Assembly: GCF_009914755.1 (NCBI RefSeq)
Contig: NC_060932.1
DNA from: the human T2T-CHM13v2.0 reference genome, Homo sapiens
DNA: 64,000 nucleotides
Reading direction: 5' to 3' (one strand)
Shown here piece after piece: positions 1 through 18,492 of the stretch. Each line of letters starts with the position of its first letter. The stretch's first letter is position 1. Under the pieces are notes generated by a model. That model did no database searches, was not told where the DNA came from, and was given only the letters and a program-made list of their open reading frames with translations. The translations under genes were made by a program, and so were the position numbers.

Positions 1-29
1 CTGTTCTGTATGAAATGCTGTATGGATTG
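1..29 (+). CDS. SGK3: SGK3 internal coding exon (3' part only), kinase subdomain IX
   Basis: Reads (G)CT GTT CTG TAT GAA ATG CTG TAT GGA TTG = AVLYEMLYGL, then donor GTATGT at 30. Continues in frame into PPFY of the next exon. Confidence 0.9.
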
Positions 30-193
30 GTATGTATTTCTATACCTCATTATTCCAATGTATTATCATTGATTTGATTGTCTGTCTGTCTCTCCCACCT
101 TAAGAATCTCATGGACACTTAGATAACACTAACAGAGCAGTAATAGTCTGGTTAAATGAACCCAAAACCACATTAGGAATAAGGACAAAAAGA

Positions 194-501
194 GGCTGGG
201 CATGGTGGCTCACGCCAGTAATCCCAGCACTTTGGGAGGCCAAGGCAGGCAGATCACTTGAGGCCAGGAGTTCGAGACCAGCCTATGCAACGTGGCGAAA
301 TCCCATCTCTACTAAAAATACAAAAAATTATCTGGGTGTGGTAGTGCATACTGTAGTCCCAGCTGCTTAGGAGGCGGAGGCCCAAGAATCGCTTGAACCC
401 AGGAGGCAGAGTTTGCAGTGAGCCAAGATTGCACCACTGTACTCCAGCCTGGGTGACAGAGGGAGACTCTGTCTCAAAAAAAAAAAAAAAAAAAAAAAAA
501 A
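194..501 (+). mobile_element. Alu (full length)
   Basis: Dimeric Alu with poly-A tail. Confidence 0.95.
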
Positions 502-1599
502 CCCTTTTTATTTGTTACTAGTTTTTTTTAAATTAATATAATTGTTTCTCTGCTATTCTAATAACTACTTCAGATGTTCTTACCCCCTTGGCATTTTTAG
601 AAATAGACAACTGGTTGTAATATTAAAATTATCTGCTTCCATTCAGTTTACTCAAATATCACTCTAATTTTAAGATAATGGACAAAAAATGATTTTGCAT
701 TTATCAATAAATTACTGTATTTCAGAAGATCTTTTGGTTTTTGCCTTTTATTTTGTTTAATAGATTTAATTAATACACAGGTGCTCAGCTTTTCCCATGA
801 TTGGAGATCACTCTGTTCCCATCCCTGAAAACACCATGTCTTAAAAATTTTCTTGAAAAAAGTGATGTTTATGCAGTCAGTTTGCCCAGTTCTTATTTAG
901 TTAAAGACACATAGGCTGGCCAGAGCTTCTGATTAATGAGAATAAAGTTTTTTCACTACATTGAGTTAATATTATTCCAACCCAAAGCAAACAGTGTAGG
1001 CATTTTAGTTAGCTCAGATAGCTTTATAAGAGTACATGTATGTTTTTCTGTAGGCTTTTTGACATGTTTAGAAATAGTTCCTAGACTCCCTTTGTGGTCC
1101 CCTAAGTGTCCAGCAGCCTCATGCTGGGAACCATGTGCGAATCCCTGAGGCTGCTGCTACCGCTGATGTTAAATGCCACTGTCAGCCAAGACCTGAGCTG
1201 AGTGTCTATTTGCTTTTTATTGAAAACTGTGGCGCTTACAGTGAAATTCAGCACATGAAGTACATTTCAGAGCGTTTGTTTTATCTTGCTAGTTTCGAAT
1301 GATAGATTCCTGTGAAAGCCAACACCATCTCTTCTTTGCCCTTGACTGTGACCTGCATGTTAAAAGATCTAGTTTTCTGGTTATGCTACTGACTTAGAAC
1401 ATTGGAAAACCACTTTATACCTGATTTCCCTTTAAGCACTATTTATTTGCCATCTTGATATTTCAGAATCCTTCAAATTTATTTAGAGGACTTTGAAAAT
1501 ATATCATTGCACATAAAATGCAGTTGATTCAAAAGAGAACATTTAAAACATACATTTTATTAATCAAACTTTTATTGTTTTAAAATGAAGTTTTATTTT

Positions 1600-1913
<314 letters not shown>

Positions 1914-2019
1914 TTAAAAGATAAGCTTTTTCTTTCCTACACAAAGGAAAGGAAAAGTGGCAAGCCTATAAAACTCCCTTAACTTTAAAAATTATGTATA
2001 CTTTAATTTTTATTTTTAC

Positions 2020-2176
2020 TTTTTTTGAGACAGAGTCTCACTGTGTTGCTCAGGCTGGAGTGTAGTAGAATGATCACGACTCACTGCAACCTTGACTTCC
2101 CAGGCTCTGATGCTTCTCCCACCTCAGCCTGCTGAGTAGCTTGGACTACAGGCATGCACCACCCCACCTAGCTTGC

Positions 2177-2223
<47 letters not shown>

Positions 2224-2343
2224 TAGTAGAGACAGGGTGTCGCCATGTTGCCTAGGCTGGTCTCAAACTCCTGAGCTCTAGTGATCTGCCCACCTCAGCC
2301 TCCCGAAGTGCTGGGATTTCCAGTGTGAGCCACTGTGCCTGGC
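2020..2343 (-). mobile_element. Alu (AluJ-like) with (TTTA)n linker expansion
   Basis: Antisense Alu. Tetranucleotide repeat at about 2178-2223 in the middle A-rich linker. Confidence 0.92.
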
Positions 2344-2807
2344 GTCACTTTTTATTTTGTAAACTTCTGTATTGTTTGGATTTGTTACAACAAGCATATA
2401 TTACTTTTGTAATTTTCACAAAAAGAGACTGAAAAGAAAAAAATGTCATTTTAATGTTTTAAGTCAGATTCATCTTATTTTATAAAAATACTGGTAACTA
2501 ATATTTAAAAGGTAAAAACAAACCCACAAGGGTAAAATATTAGAGACCAGTCCTCTGGTGAATAAATTGGGTTTTTTTTTGTTTTTGTTTTTGTTTTTTA
2601 AAAAAGAACAGTAACATTTTACATGGTAATTCCCTCTTTGGAAAAATGTTTCTGGTGCTCTGGACACATTAATTCAAAAGGAAGTAGTTTTGTAGGTTAC
2701 ATATTACAACCTTGCAGATAGAACCTGAGTAGCATGATAATCTTCTTTCCTCTTATTCCCAGAGTACAGAAACCTGTACAGCTCATTTTTTTTCTCAAAA
2801 GTTGTTA

Positions 2808-3113
<306 letters not shown>

Positions 3114-3679
3114 TAAACCTTTATAATTAGATGATTAACTAGCTAATGCTTGTGTTGAAGCTATACCCCAAGTCTTTTGGCTGTTGCGGTGGCATTTTTA
3201 ATTCTGCAAAGTACAGTCATAATATTATCTCTGTCATAAGTACCTAAGAAACATTATCTTCAGGCCTCCATCTCTACTAGAAATCCCTTTGTTTCAGTGA
3301 GTTTATTCCCAAGTCTGAAATTAATGTTTGATCTGTCTTGAACTTCTATTTCCAATGATTCTGTCATTATGCCTATGATAAGGTTGGTGGTTTTCTCTAA
3401 AACAGGTACTACTACAAGTTGTATATAATTTAACAGCTGTCTACAAGGTGCTATTGAACAAACTGGCCCTAATTCATTCAGTGAACACTTATTAAGCTCT
3501 GTGATGTGTTCGGTTTTAGAATCTCTTTGCTTCAGGAAGCCACACTGCAGGTGTCTACACGTCCCAAGAGGTCCATACATTTTTTCAACTGACTGCTCCC
3601 TCAAGATTAAAGCCATTTTAACCCCATTTGCGCATAATTTGTTTACCACTAAGTTTATTTTGCTTTTTTTTTTTTCCAG

Positions 3680-3835
3680 CCTCCTTTTTATTGCCGAGAT
3701 GTTGCTGAAATGTATGACAATATCCTTCACAAACCCCTAAGTTTGAGGCCAGGAGTGAGTCTTACAGCCTGGTCCATTCTGGAAGAACTCCTAGAAAAAG
3801 ACAGGCAAAATCGACTTGGTGCCAAGGAAGACTTT
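3680..3835 (+). CDS. SGK3: SGK3 coding exon [20 protein letters not shown]...RLGAKEDF
   Basis: Poly-T tract and CAG acceptor, 52 open codons of AGC kinase C-lobe, GTATGT donor at 3836. Confidence 0.96.
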
Positions 3836-4739
3836 GTATGTAACAGCTTTTCTAGCTCCAGCTTTATTTAAGCTTATTTAAAATTTGGAAATAAAGCTTT
3901 ATTTTATATGGTATTTAATGGAATGAATACAATATGCGGAGAATAGCAACATGGAAAAAAAGCATACTTGTCTCCACAGTTTTCACCTGTATTTATATAA
4001 AACTATGTAGTATTTAAAGCACTTTCTGTTGCATACACTTTTGCCCTATCCACCACATACACTTTCGCACCCTATTATTTACTTGATTTTCATTTATTAC
4101 AAATTCCCCTCCCCTTCTTTTTAAAAAGTGTTGTGTGGCATATTTTCACTACCTAAACTTTCTTTTGCTGTTTTTATTGCTAAATAATACTAACATTTTC
4201 ATGAACTAATAACACAGAGACTAACCAACTAGTAAGCTTTTTGTTGAGGGTTTGGGACTATCTAAAGTCTAAATCATTTCCTTTAGCAGGAATTTGTTAA
4301 GTGCCTCCTGTCTGCATGAGGTAATGTCTTTTGCCTTGAACACTAAGTCACTTTTTTTTTTTTTTTTTTTTTTAAGAATTTGGTGAGACCTCCTTGAGAT
4401 AATTAGGGAATCTGCATGTTTGTTTCAAATAAGGGTAATTAAATTTGTAGTGTAGTTACCGGCATTATGTTAGTGTGTCAGTAAATGCACAAAAATATTG
4501 AGGAATATGAACTTTTGAACTGCTTTCTCAGATATTCTTGGAGGCTGCTTATCAATTTTGAACTTGAGCTGTGAATAAAAGACTTTGCTGCTACTGCTTT
4601 ACCCCTGCTCCCCAGTTCAGCTGGTAGCTCTGCCAACAACTTCCTTTCCGTTGTTCCAGACAGTCTTGCTAATATTTCACACCTCCTTGTCCCTTGGTCC
4701 ATTTATTGAATTCATTGACAGAGATTGCAGCTCTAGATG

Positions 4740-6960
<2,221 letters not shown>

Positions 6961-7317
6961 AACTCTGTAGTGCTTTATTCTTTTCATAGCACTTTACATC
7001 CATACTTTACACTGATCCTTAAAACATACTTCCCCTGAAGTATTAAGGGCAGAAAGGTTATCCCCATTTTACCACTGAGGAAACTGACTGTGAAGAGAAT
7101 ACAACTTAAGTTTAAGTAGGTCATTCTAAGTAACTTTCTTTCAGTCTTTCTATTGCTTACATGAATAACATCATTTTGCCACACAAATAACATACACATG
7201 TTCCTAAAAAGAGTTATTGAGGGGCAAAATAGTAATAGTTTGGCTTCATAAAATTATGCAGTTAGTACTTAATATATTCTTCGGCATTAGTAAAACAAAT
7301 TTTTTTTAATATTCCAG

Positions 7318-7407
7318 CTTGAAATTCAGAATCATCCTTTTTTTGAATCACTCAGCTGGGCTGACCTTGTACAAAAGAAGATTCCACCACCATTTAATCC
7401 TAATGTG
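7318..7407 (+). CDS. SGK3: SGK3 coding exon [30 protein letters not shown]
   Basis: TTCCAG acceptor, 30 codons with the HPFF and PPFxP AGC C-tail motifs, GTAAGT donor. Confidence 0.96.
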
Positions 7408-7683
7408 GTAAGTATATATCCAAATCTTTCTTTCTAGAATCGTGAAACTTAATAGCAGTTCATTGTAAGTTTGAAACTAGATCTCAGAATCACCTGAATT
7501 AAATGGAGTCATTACCTAAATATTTGTGAAATATGTCACTCAGGGTTGTCTAGTATAACTAATAACTTCAGGGAGACCAGTAAGATTATAGTTAGATTAG
7601 GTTGATAAAAATGTCTTCCAGCACAGTAATTGTAAAGTGTTTCTTTGGAGCATGTATAAGAAAAGAATGAACTCAACAAGTCA

Positions 7684-8031
7684 GCCAGGCATGGTGGCTC
7701 ACACCTGTAATCCCAGCACTTTAGGAGGCTGAGGTGGGCAGATCACTCCCAGCACTTTGGGAGGCCGAGGTGGGTGGATCACTTGAGGCCAGGAGTTCAA
7801 AACCAGCCTGGCCAACATGGCGAAACCCTGTCTCTACTAAAAATACAAAAAAAAATTATCCGGGTGTGGTGATGCATGCCTTTACACTCCCAAACTACTA
7901 GGGAGGCTGAAGCATGAGAAACACTTGAACTCAGGAGGTGGAGATTGCAGTGAGTCGAAATTGCACCACTGCACTCCAGCCTGGGTGATAGAGCGAGACC
8001 CTGTCTCAAAATAAAATTAAAAAAAAAAAAA
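7684..8031 (+). mobile_element. Alu with internal 36-bp tandem duplication
   Basis: TCCCAGCACTTT...GATCAC repeated at 7711-7746 and 7747-7782. Confidence 0.93.
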
Positions 8032-8757
8032 CAGGTATAGACAAACATTATTAATAAAATCATATTAATGTAAATTGTTACTTTCTTGGGAAAACAATAG
8101 GATAGTATTATAAAAATGTTCATGTTAGCTAGACTTGTTAAATCTACTTGATGGAAACATTTCACCTAAAGATAATTTGTTTAAAGCAAAAAGCCATATT
8201 AAAGATGAGCTTTATACTATTAACAGTGTTAGAAAATTTTGGAAAATACAGTAAATACATAACAACAGGGAAATTGTTAATAATCATCAGTAGGCCAGTA
8301 ATGATGTTAGTCACTAATGATAGCTTCCTTTGTATAGGGATATACACTTTGTATGTGTTATAATATATAATTTACTCTTAAGCTACCAGCTTACTACTAT
8401 TACTGTTTTTCTTATTACACATTTTATAAATGAGGAAATAGAAGCTCAGAGATGTCTCATAGCTGGATAGTAGAGCCAGGATTCCAATATATGCGTGATT
8501 CCAGAGTCATTATTCTGTTTCCTTATGCTCTGTTGTCTTTTCTTGTTAAATTATATAAAAATGAGCAAGCACTTAGAAAATCCTTATAAAGTTACATGAA
8601 AACATGGTAATTACAATTTTTGTGACTTATAATTATAGCAGTAAAAATAAGGATAAGGACTAGAATAGAATATAAGCCAAGACTGATTTGGAGTTTTAAG
8701 ATCATAGGTGAATTTATTTTCTTTTTTTAAGTTTTTTGATGTTGCTGCAAAACTTAA

Positions 8758-9065
<308 letters not shown>

Positions 9066-11340
9066 AGGAATACTTTTTTAATAAATTAGAGCAGATAAGG
9101 AGATCAGGAAAGTATTATTTAATAGTCTATCAGGCTTTGTTCCAGGTTAATTTCTATACATAGCTCATAGCTGGTATTAATTAATAGGTGTAATATTTTA
9201 CACCTACATACATAATATTTGTAGACTGACTGACTTCATGTAGTGCATCCAGGAATGACTCCATTAGGAATAATTTCGGTCCCAAATTTCTAGAGTTTGT
9301 GGTAGGAAACTAAGACTCTTAAGAATTATTTTATTTTTCTCTTTAGACTAAGTATCTTAGCAGAATTTAATTACATTCAAATAAATATATCATCAAGCAT
9401 GTTGAAGAATGTTGAAGGGACTCCTAAGCAACACTGGAAATGGAAACAGTATTGACTTCAGACTCAGATAGCTCCAGCATTGGATCCCTGCTCTTCTATG
9501 ATTAACTAGAAGTTAAGCTTCTCTATACTTTTTTTTCTTTCACAACATGAGCTTTGAGGTTTAATTTAGGTAACATTTGTAAAGCACCTCAGTGCATTGC
9601 ACACAGTAGATATTTAATTAATAATACCTTTTTTTAATTCTTTTCCCTCTGGGAATGTTTTCATTAAATATTTATTGGTAACTTAGAAAACACAAGTAGA
9701 ACATGGGCTCTGTCTTCAAGAAAATTACAGTTAAGGGGATAAAATATATAAAGAGAAGAGTTAAATAATTCTATGTTTAGTGCATATTAGGCATTCAGTG
9801 TTGTGGAATTAAAATATGTAATGTGAGGCAAAAAAGCAGATGCCTCATAATAACTTATGATTGCATCTGTGGGAAAAACAGTTGACAGAAATAGTCTTTG
9901 ATGCTTACTCTTTCAGTGAATAAAATGAATTAGTTGATTTTCCAATCGGTTAGTGTTTTATATTTTAATAGGGTAGTTACTAGGGAAAGGGAGAGTGGGG
10001 TTATTGACCATGCTAAGCTTCAGTATTTCTATGATGAATGTTTCTAGCAGTTACTGAGAATTATTTCAAAATCTAACAGGTTGCATAAAGTATTTACTTC
10101 AATTATATGTGTCCAACTAGTCTACATTAAAAAAGGACTGGAAGCAGTTTATTTCTCTGTTTACAATGGGTAAAATGCATTCTGGATTCTCTTTTTTTAG
10201 CCCACAGAATTGAGGTTATACTGCTAAATATTTAATTTATCCTAATAAGAATTGGTTGCTTAATTTTATTCTCTCAGCAGCTGATAGAGAAAGGATAATA
10301 GCAGTGACCTAAAATGGGCTAATACAAACCATGAATGGGTACATTATTATATTTTAATCTTTTTTTGCTATAAAACTTATCAACAAGTAGTTTTTGATAC
10401 TTTAAAAGATTTCTCATTATACCATTTCGGAACAACCAACACAAAACAAGTGCCTCCAAAATAAGCCGTATTTAGGTAGGATTTCATTGAAGCTCCATCT
10501 GAAATCCTGTAAGTTACTATGAAGCATATCCTAACATTCCATTCTATGTTGGGTACACCCAGGTTTTGATCCTTGCCTCCACTTTAATCCTCAGAAAAAC
10601 TTACTTTGTTGCTGCTTTCATTTTGGCATCTCTTAGAATACAACTTGCTAAGGGTTTTGACTCCCTTTTTGAAATATTGACTATTCTGCATAGCTAATAG
10701 TTTACAGTTCTGTGGCCTCAGTCCCTACTTTAGGAATTTCTGTTTATTACATATAAAATTTTGGAAAAGTATGAAAACAAAAATTGACTGCTTGGTGGGA
10801 GAGGGCTCACCAACATTTCAAATTAGAGGTTCCCCCCAAATAATCCTTAAAGTAAAAGTATAGCATAGAAAATAATCCCTAAATTAAAAGTATGGCATAG
10901 TCCTGCCCTGAAGGGGGTAGATGTGGTATTGAGCTGTGATAGGAGTGGCTTGGCCATGCTCCAAGTGGGTCATTCAGAAGCCACATCTGAGAGGTGGGTC
11001 TGGACCTGGGGGGAGGCTGGCATCATTCTAACAATTCTGTAAGCTGAAAGAAAATATTCATTTCTGGGTCAATGAATCACTCTTATTAATGGTTGTTAAA
11101 ATTAGTTAAGTGTTAAGGGATTGGGTGTGGTAGGAAGGGATTACTATGAAAATACAGGGGTCCAGAAAGGACAGATTGGAGTGAGGGTGCATATTAGTAC
11201 CAGGACATATTTATGTTATACATTTCCAAGTGGAGGGGAGAAAAAAGGAATTAACTTCTAGTGCGTGCCCACTGTGTACCCAGCATTGTGTTAGGTCCTT
11301 GATATGCATTGCCTTGGTTCCCAAACCCTCTGAAGAATTA

Positions 11341-11571
<231 letters not shown>

Positions 11572-11677
11572 CTAAGATAATGTTTTTGTGTATAATCTTT
11601 AAGTGAAGAATGCTTTTTAAAGCATGACCCAGAAGCCATAAGAGAAAAAAGTTGGTAGATTTGACTACATAAAATTT

Positions 11678-11989
11678 CATTTCATTTCATTTATTGATTG
11701 ATTGATTGAGACAGAGTCTTGTTCTGTCGCCAAGGCTGGAGTATAGTGGTGCAATCTCGGCTCACTGAAACCTCCGCCTCCCGGGTTCAAGCTGTTCTCC
11801 TGCCTCAGCCTCCCAAGTAGCTGGGACTACAGGTGTGCACCACCATGCCCAGCTAATTTTTGTATTTTTAGTAGAGATGGGGTTTCACCATGTTGGCCAG
11901 GCTGATCTTGAACTCCTGACCTTAGGCAATCCGCCTATCTGGGCCTCCCAAAGTGCTGGGATTACAGGCATGAGCCACCGCACCCAACC
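11678..11989 (-). mobile_element. Alu (AluS-like)
   Basis: Antisense Alu with (TTTCA)/(TTGA) tail, TSD GACTACATAA(A/G)ATTT. Confidence 0.95.
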
Positions 11990-12000
11990 GACTACATAAG

Positions 12001-12031
12001 ATTTTAGTATATGTGCTGCCGAAGTGAGCAC
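12001..12031 (-). pseudogene. 3'-truncated U6 snRNA retrocopy (first 31 nt)
   Basis: Reverse complement GTGCTCACTTCGGCAGCACATATACTAAAAT matches the U6 5' end with one CpG transition. Flanked by direct repeats. Confidence 0.9.
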
Positions 12032-12537
12032 TGACCACATAAAATTTAGAAATATCTGCATAAAAATTACTATAAGCAAATAACAAACTGGGAAAATTTT
12101 CCTTAACACCTAAAGCATTCTTACTAGTCAATGGGAAGAAACACCAACAACCAATAGAAACATAGACAAAAGACAGAAAACATGAAGTTACAGAAAAAGA
12201 AATACAAATAGCTTTCAATTATATGAAAAGAAGTTCATACTGACGGTTGAAGAAGTGCAATATTAAACCATAACAGGTTACCATTTTTCACCTGGCAGAT
12301 TAACAAAGATCAAACAGTTAGCTATTCTAGGGTTTGATGAAGTAGGTGTTCTCATACAGTGTTCTCAGTACTTTACATGTATCCTTTTACTAAATCCTGA
12401 CAACAATCCTATGAGATAGTACTGTAATTTTCCATATATATGGATGAGTTAACTGAGGCACAAAGAAAGTTAAATAACTTTTCTCAAAATTAAAGTTCCA
12501 GAACTAGAATTTGAACTCTAACTCTCAGATACTCTGA

Positions 12538-12853
<316 letters not shown>

Positions 12854-12882
12854 CGCTCTCACTCTTAATAAACCACATAGTA

Positions 12883-13097
12883 CAGGTTGAGTATCCTTTA
12901 TCTGAAATGTTTGGGACCAGAAGTGTTTTGGATTTGGGATTGTTTTTTGGATTTTTGGATTTACTTACTGATTGAGCATCCCATATCTGAAAATCTGAAA
13001 TTCAAAATGCTCCAGTGACTGTCATGTAGATGCTCAAAATTTTTGGCTTTTGGAGCATTTTGGATTTTGGATTTTCAGATTTGGGATGCTCAGCCTG
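12883..13097. mobile_element. Tigger4a/MER46-like TcMar MITE
   Basis: TA|CAGGTTGAGTATCC ... GGATGCTCAGCCTG|TA terminal inverted repeats with TA duplication. Confidence 0.85.
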
Positions 13098-13319
13098 TAT
13101 TATTCCTGTCAGTACCAGCCATGAGCCATGAGGGCATTATAAAGGCAAGTCAGAGAACATTGCCATCATTTGAGTGCCTTCTACATGTTAGATTCTGGAA
13201 ATTTTATTAACGCATCAGATCCTTGCAATAACCTCAGGAGGTAGGTGATAGTATTCTTACTTTATGGAAGAAGAAACAAGCTCATAGAGATAGAGTAGTT
13301 TATATAACGAATTACACAA

Positions 13320-13594
<275 letters not shown>

Positions 13595-13970
13595 CTAGCA
13601 AATTTTGTAGCCAGAATCCAAGAGCCCATGCTTCAAGGATTGTATATAAGAATTTGATGAGGAAAAAACCATACATACGTACATACATACATACATATAA
13701 AACTTCTAGCATTCTTTGTCTCTATGGGGGATTTTCTCATATGGGAGGATCTAGCATTCTGGGTTTTTGTGGTCTCTGCTCAGTTTGTAGATGTACCAGG
13801 CTGTTATCCTTTGCTTATAATATCCACTCTGAATTTCTATCAGCACACCCTCAGTTAGACTTAATGACTTGAACATTTTAAGGGTTCCCTTCCCTGTAGA
13901 GCAGAAATAACCTAGAAATTCAGGGATGGACTTTAAGAATGAATCACCTGAATTTGTATCCCAGTTTTTA

Positions 13971-14275
<305 letters not shown>

Positions 14276-14281
14276 GTGTGT

Positions 14282-14329
<48 letters not shown>
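14276..14329. repeat. (TG)n microsatellite
   Basis: About 27 near-perfect GT units. Confidence 0.97.
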
Positions 14330-14331
<2 letters not shown>

Positions 14332-14670
14332 GAAAGGTAGAGTCTATTAGCTTGTATCAGATTTGTAAAGGAAAGTTAACCACTGCCTTTGAGCCTAAGC
14401 AGCCATCATGCTTAATTTTCATATCAGGACTCGGAAGCCCTCCAGAGCTAAGGGTGCCCTAGTCAAATGCTTCATTGACAGTCTCTGTAGCACAGTAAGA
14501 GTCATCTTTCACAATTTTACTTATAACCAAGAACCTAATTAAATAAGTGATAACAAAAAATTATTATTTTACTTATAACCGCTTCATTTATTCATCAGAA
14601 GGCTTTACCCACCCATAATTGAGAAACCAGATGGACAGGCGTTTTATGGAAGCTCAAATACAAAATGCTA

Positions 14671-15075
<405 letters not shown>

Positions 15076-15164
15076 TTAAATTAACAATGAATCTCTGTTT
15101 GTGAGCCTTCCTTACTTTTCTGTCTCCTCCCCCAACTCAAAAAGAACCTTAACTGTTAGAATAA

Positions 15165-15386
15165 GCTTGTTCAGTGCACAGTCTGTGGGCTACATGAGGC
15201 ACAGGATGGTTTTGAATGCGGCCCAACACAAATTCTTAAACTTTCTGTAAAACATTATGAGACCTTTTTTGCATTTTTTTGTTTGTTTTTTAGCTCATCA
15301 GCTATTGTTAATGTTGGTGAGTGTGGTCCAAGACCATTCTTCTTCTTCCAATGTGGCCCAGGGGACCAAAAGATTGGACACCCCTG
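15165..15386. mobile_element. MER30-like hAT MITE
   Basis: TTTGAATGCGGCCCAACACAAATTC ... CCAAAAGATTGGACACCCCTG terminus. Confidence 0.8.
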
Positions 15387-15537
15387 TTTTAGGAGGACAG
15401 ATAACTTGACCTAAATAATAAAGGTCAGGAAAGGAAAAGCAGAAAAGCGTTTCAAGGGAATGAATTAGGAAGACATCTAACCTTGCCAGGAATAAACACA
15501 CAAATTCATAAAGGAGTTGTAATAAAGGACTAAATTG

Positions 15538-16068
<531 letters not shown>

Positions 16069-16649
16069 GCAGTTTGCCATTCAGAAACCATTGAGCAAAA
16101 TAAGTCTATAGATGGGACTGAAACTTCTATTTGTGTGAATATATTCAAATATGTATAACTAGTGCCTCATTTTTATATGTAATGATGAAAACTATGAAAA
16201 AATGTATTTTCTTCTATGTGCAAGAAAAATAGGGCATTTCAAAGAGCTGTTTTGATTAAAATTTATATTCTTGTTTAATAAGCTTATTTTTAAACAATTT
16301 AAAAGCTATTATTCTTAGCATTAACCTATTTTTAAAGAAACCTTTTTTGCTATTGACTGTTTTTTCCCTCTAAGTTTACACTAACATCTACCCAAGATAG
16401 ACTGTTTTTTAACAGTCAATTTCAGTTCAGCTAACATATATTAATACCTTTGTAACTCTTTGCTATGGCTTTTGTTATCACACCAAAACTATGCAATTGG
16501 TACATGGTTGTTTAAGAAGAAACCGTATTTTTCCATGATAAATCACTGTTTGAAATATTTGGTTCATGGTATGATCGAAATGTAAAAGCATAATTAACAC
16601 ATTGGCTGCTAGTTAACAATTGGAATAACTTTATTCTGCAGATCATTTA

Positions 16650-16996
<347 letters not shown>

Positions 16997-17332
16997 TCAA
17001 CTTTGTGGATTATTTTTCCTCTGAAGGAAAAGAAAAGGCTTAATGGTTAGGATTTTTAAGTATTCCCAAAGATCTGAAGGGTAATAAAATGTACTGGATT
17101 TTTTAAGGTGGTACCAAAAATGAATGTCTGTCATATATTTATATTACAAATACATTATATTTATGTTCTATTCATCTTTTGAATGTTTAGTATGCTATTA
17201 AGTCATTCTGAATCTTTGTATTTGCTTTTGCAAATAGGTATTTCAAAGCTCTTTTCCTAACTGGTTAAGTAAAATAAAAAATTGAGCTTTCTAGAATATT
17301 TGCCTAATTGGGAATTAAAAAGTAAAATAATA

Positions 17333-17946
17333 GGCCAGGCATGGTGGCTCATGCCTATAAGCACCCTGGGAGGCCGAGGCAGGCAGATTATTTGAGCTCA
17401 GGAGTTTGAGACCATCCTGGGCAACATGGCGAAACCCTATCTCTACAAAAAATACAAAAATTAGCCAGACATGGTGGCACATGCCTTTAGTCCCAGCTAC
17501 TCTGGAGGCTGAAGTTGGAGGATGGCTTGAGCCCACGAGATGGAAGTTGCAGTGAACTGAAATTGTGCCACTGCACTTTTCAGCCTGGGTGCCACAGCGA
17601 GACCCTAGTTAAGAGAAAAAAAAAGTAAAAACAAATTGTGGGTCAAAGTAAATGTATACAGTTTTATTACAATGTAACAAAAGTTGAAAATCAGGCAGAT
17701 GTGTATTCAGTATCCAATTCAATATATCTTAGAAAAAGCACAGGAAACAGACCTTAAAATTGTAACCTACCAACTAACTTACATGCTTATAAAAGTAAAG
17801 GAGAATAACTGGCCGGGCACGGTGGCTCATGCCTATAAAATTCCAGCACTTTGGGAGGCCAAGGCAGGAGGATCACTTGAGCCTATGAGTTCAAGACCAG
17901 CCTAGGCAATGTAGTGACACCTCATTTCTATTTATTTTAAAAAAAA
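17333..17946 (+). mobile_element. AluJ-like (17333-17624) and free left monomer (17811-17946) in SGK3 3'UTR
   Basis: Two sense Alu-family copies. Confidence 0.9.
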
Positions 17947-18486
17947 GAGAGAGTAACTACAGAAGAACTTTAAAAAATAAAAAATAAGCTTACCTTGGAT
18001 TCTTGGCTTAGAGTAGAGGTTTTTTTTAAGTTATGGAGGAAACATTTTTGTAAAAGTTTAATGACCCACTTTAGATGCTCCAAGAACAAGCATCCCTTCC
18101 ATGTATGTCTTGAGAAAGAAATCACAGAAGCATTTCTCACCAATACTCTTTGGCTTAAAATGTTCAGCAGAATTGGGCAGTGGGGGTGACTTTTCTTATA
18201 TTAATAATATTTACATCCAATACACTGAATCTTCCTTTAGAGGTAAGACTTTAATATCTATACTGTAAATATTTGGTTTATTTGGCACTACTGTAAGTTT
18301 TGTTTTTCACAAAGCTCTTATTATGAAGCAAAATAAAAATTCTAGTTTCTTGTATGATTTTTTGTACTCATTCATTCCTGTTAAGCTGCCAAAAATTAAA
18401 GTGCAATATTGTATATTTTTAAGAACAAATTTAAAATAGAATTTTGATGTTTCTCAGATCACAAGAAATACAAATCTATATAGTAT

Positions 18487-18492
18487 AATAAA
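18487..18492 (+). terminator. Probable distal polyadenylation signal of SGK3
   Basis: AATAAA followed about 20-35 nt later by GU/U-rich TGTCTGTCATTATTTTG. Confidence 0.55.

Larger units (their letters stand above)
11580..12360 (+). mobile_element. Old L1M ORF2 3' remnant hosting the Alu and U6 insertions
   Basis: A-rich L1-type phrases: GATTTGACTACATAAAATT, ACAAACTGGGAAAA, CAACCAATAGAAA, ACCATTTTTCACCT. Confidence 0.6.

Noticed and set aside
1080-1400. Non-repeat, moderately GC-rich intronic stretch that might be an enhancer or cryptic exon
   Set aside because: No clear splice-site pair, RNA motif or structure visible. Cannot be supported without conservation data.
3260-3730. 156-aa minus-strand ORF overlapping an SGK3 exon
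   Set aside because: Non-ATG start (GTG), crosses the acceptor poly-T tract, no recognisable domain or promoter. Likely chance.
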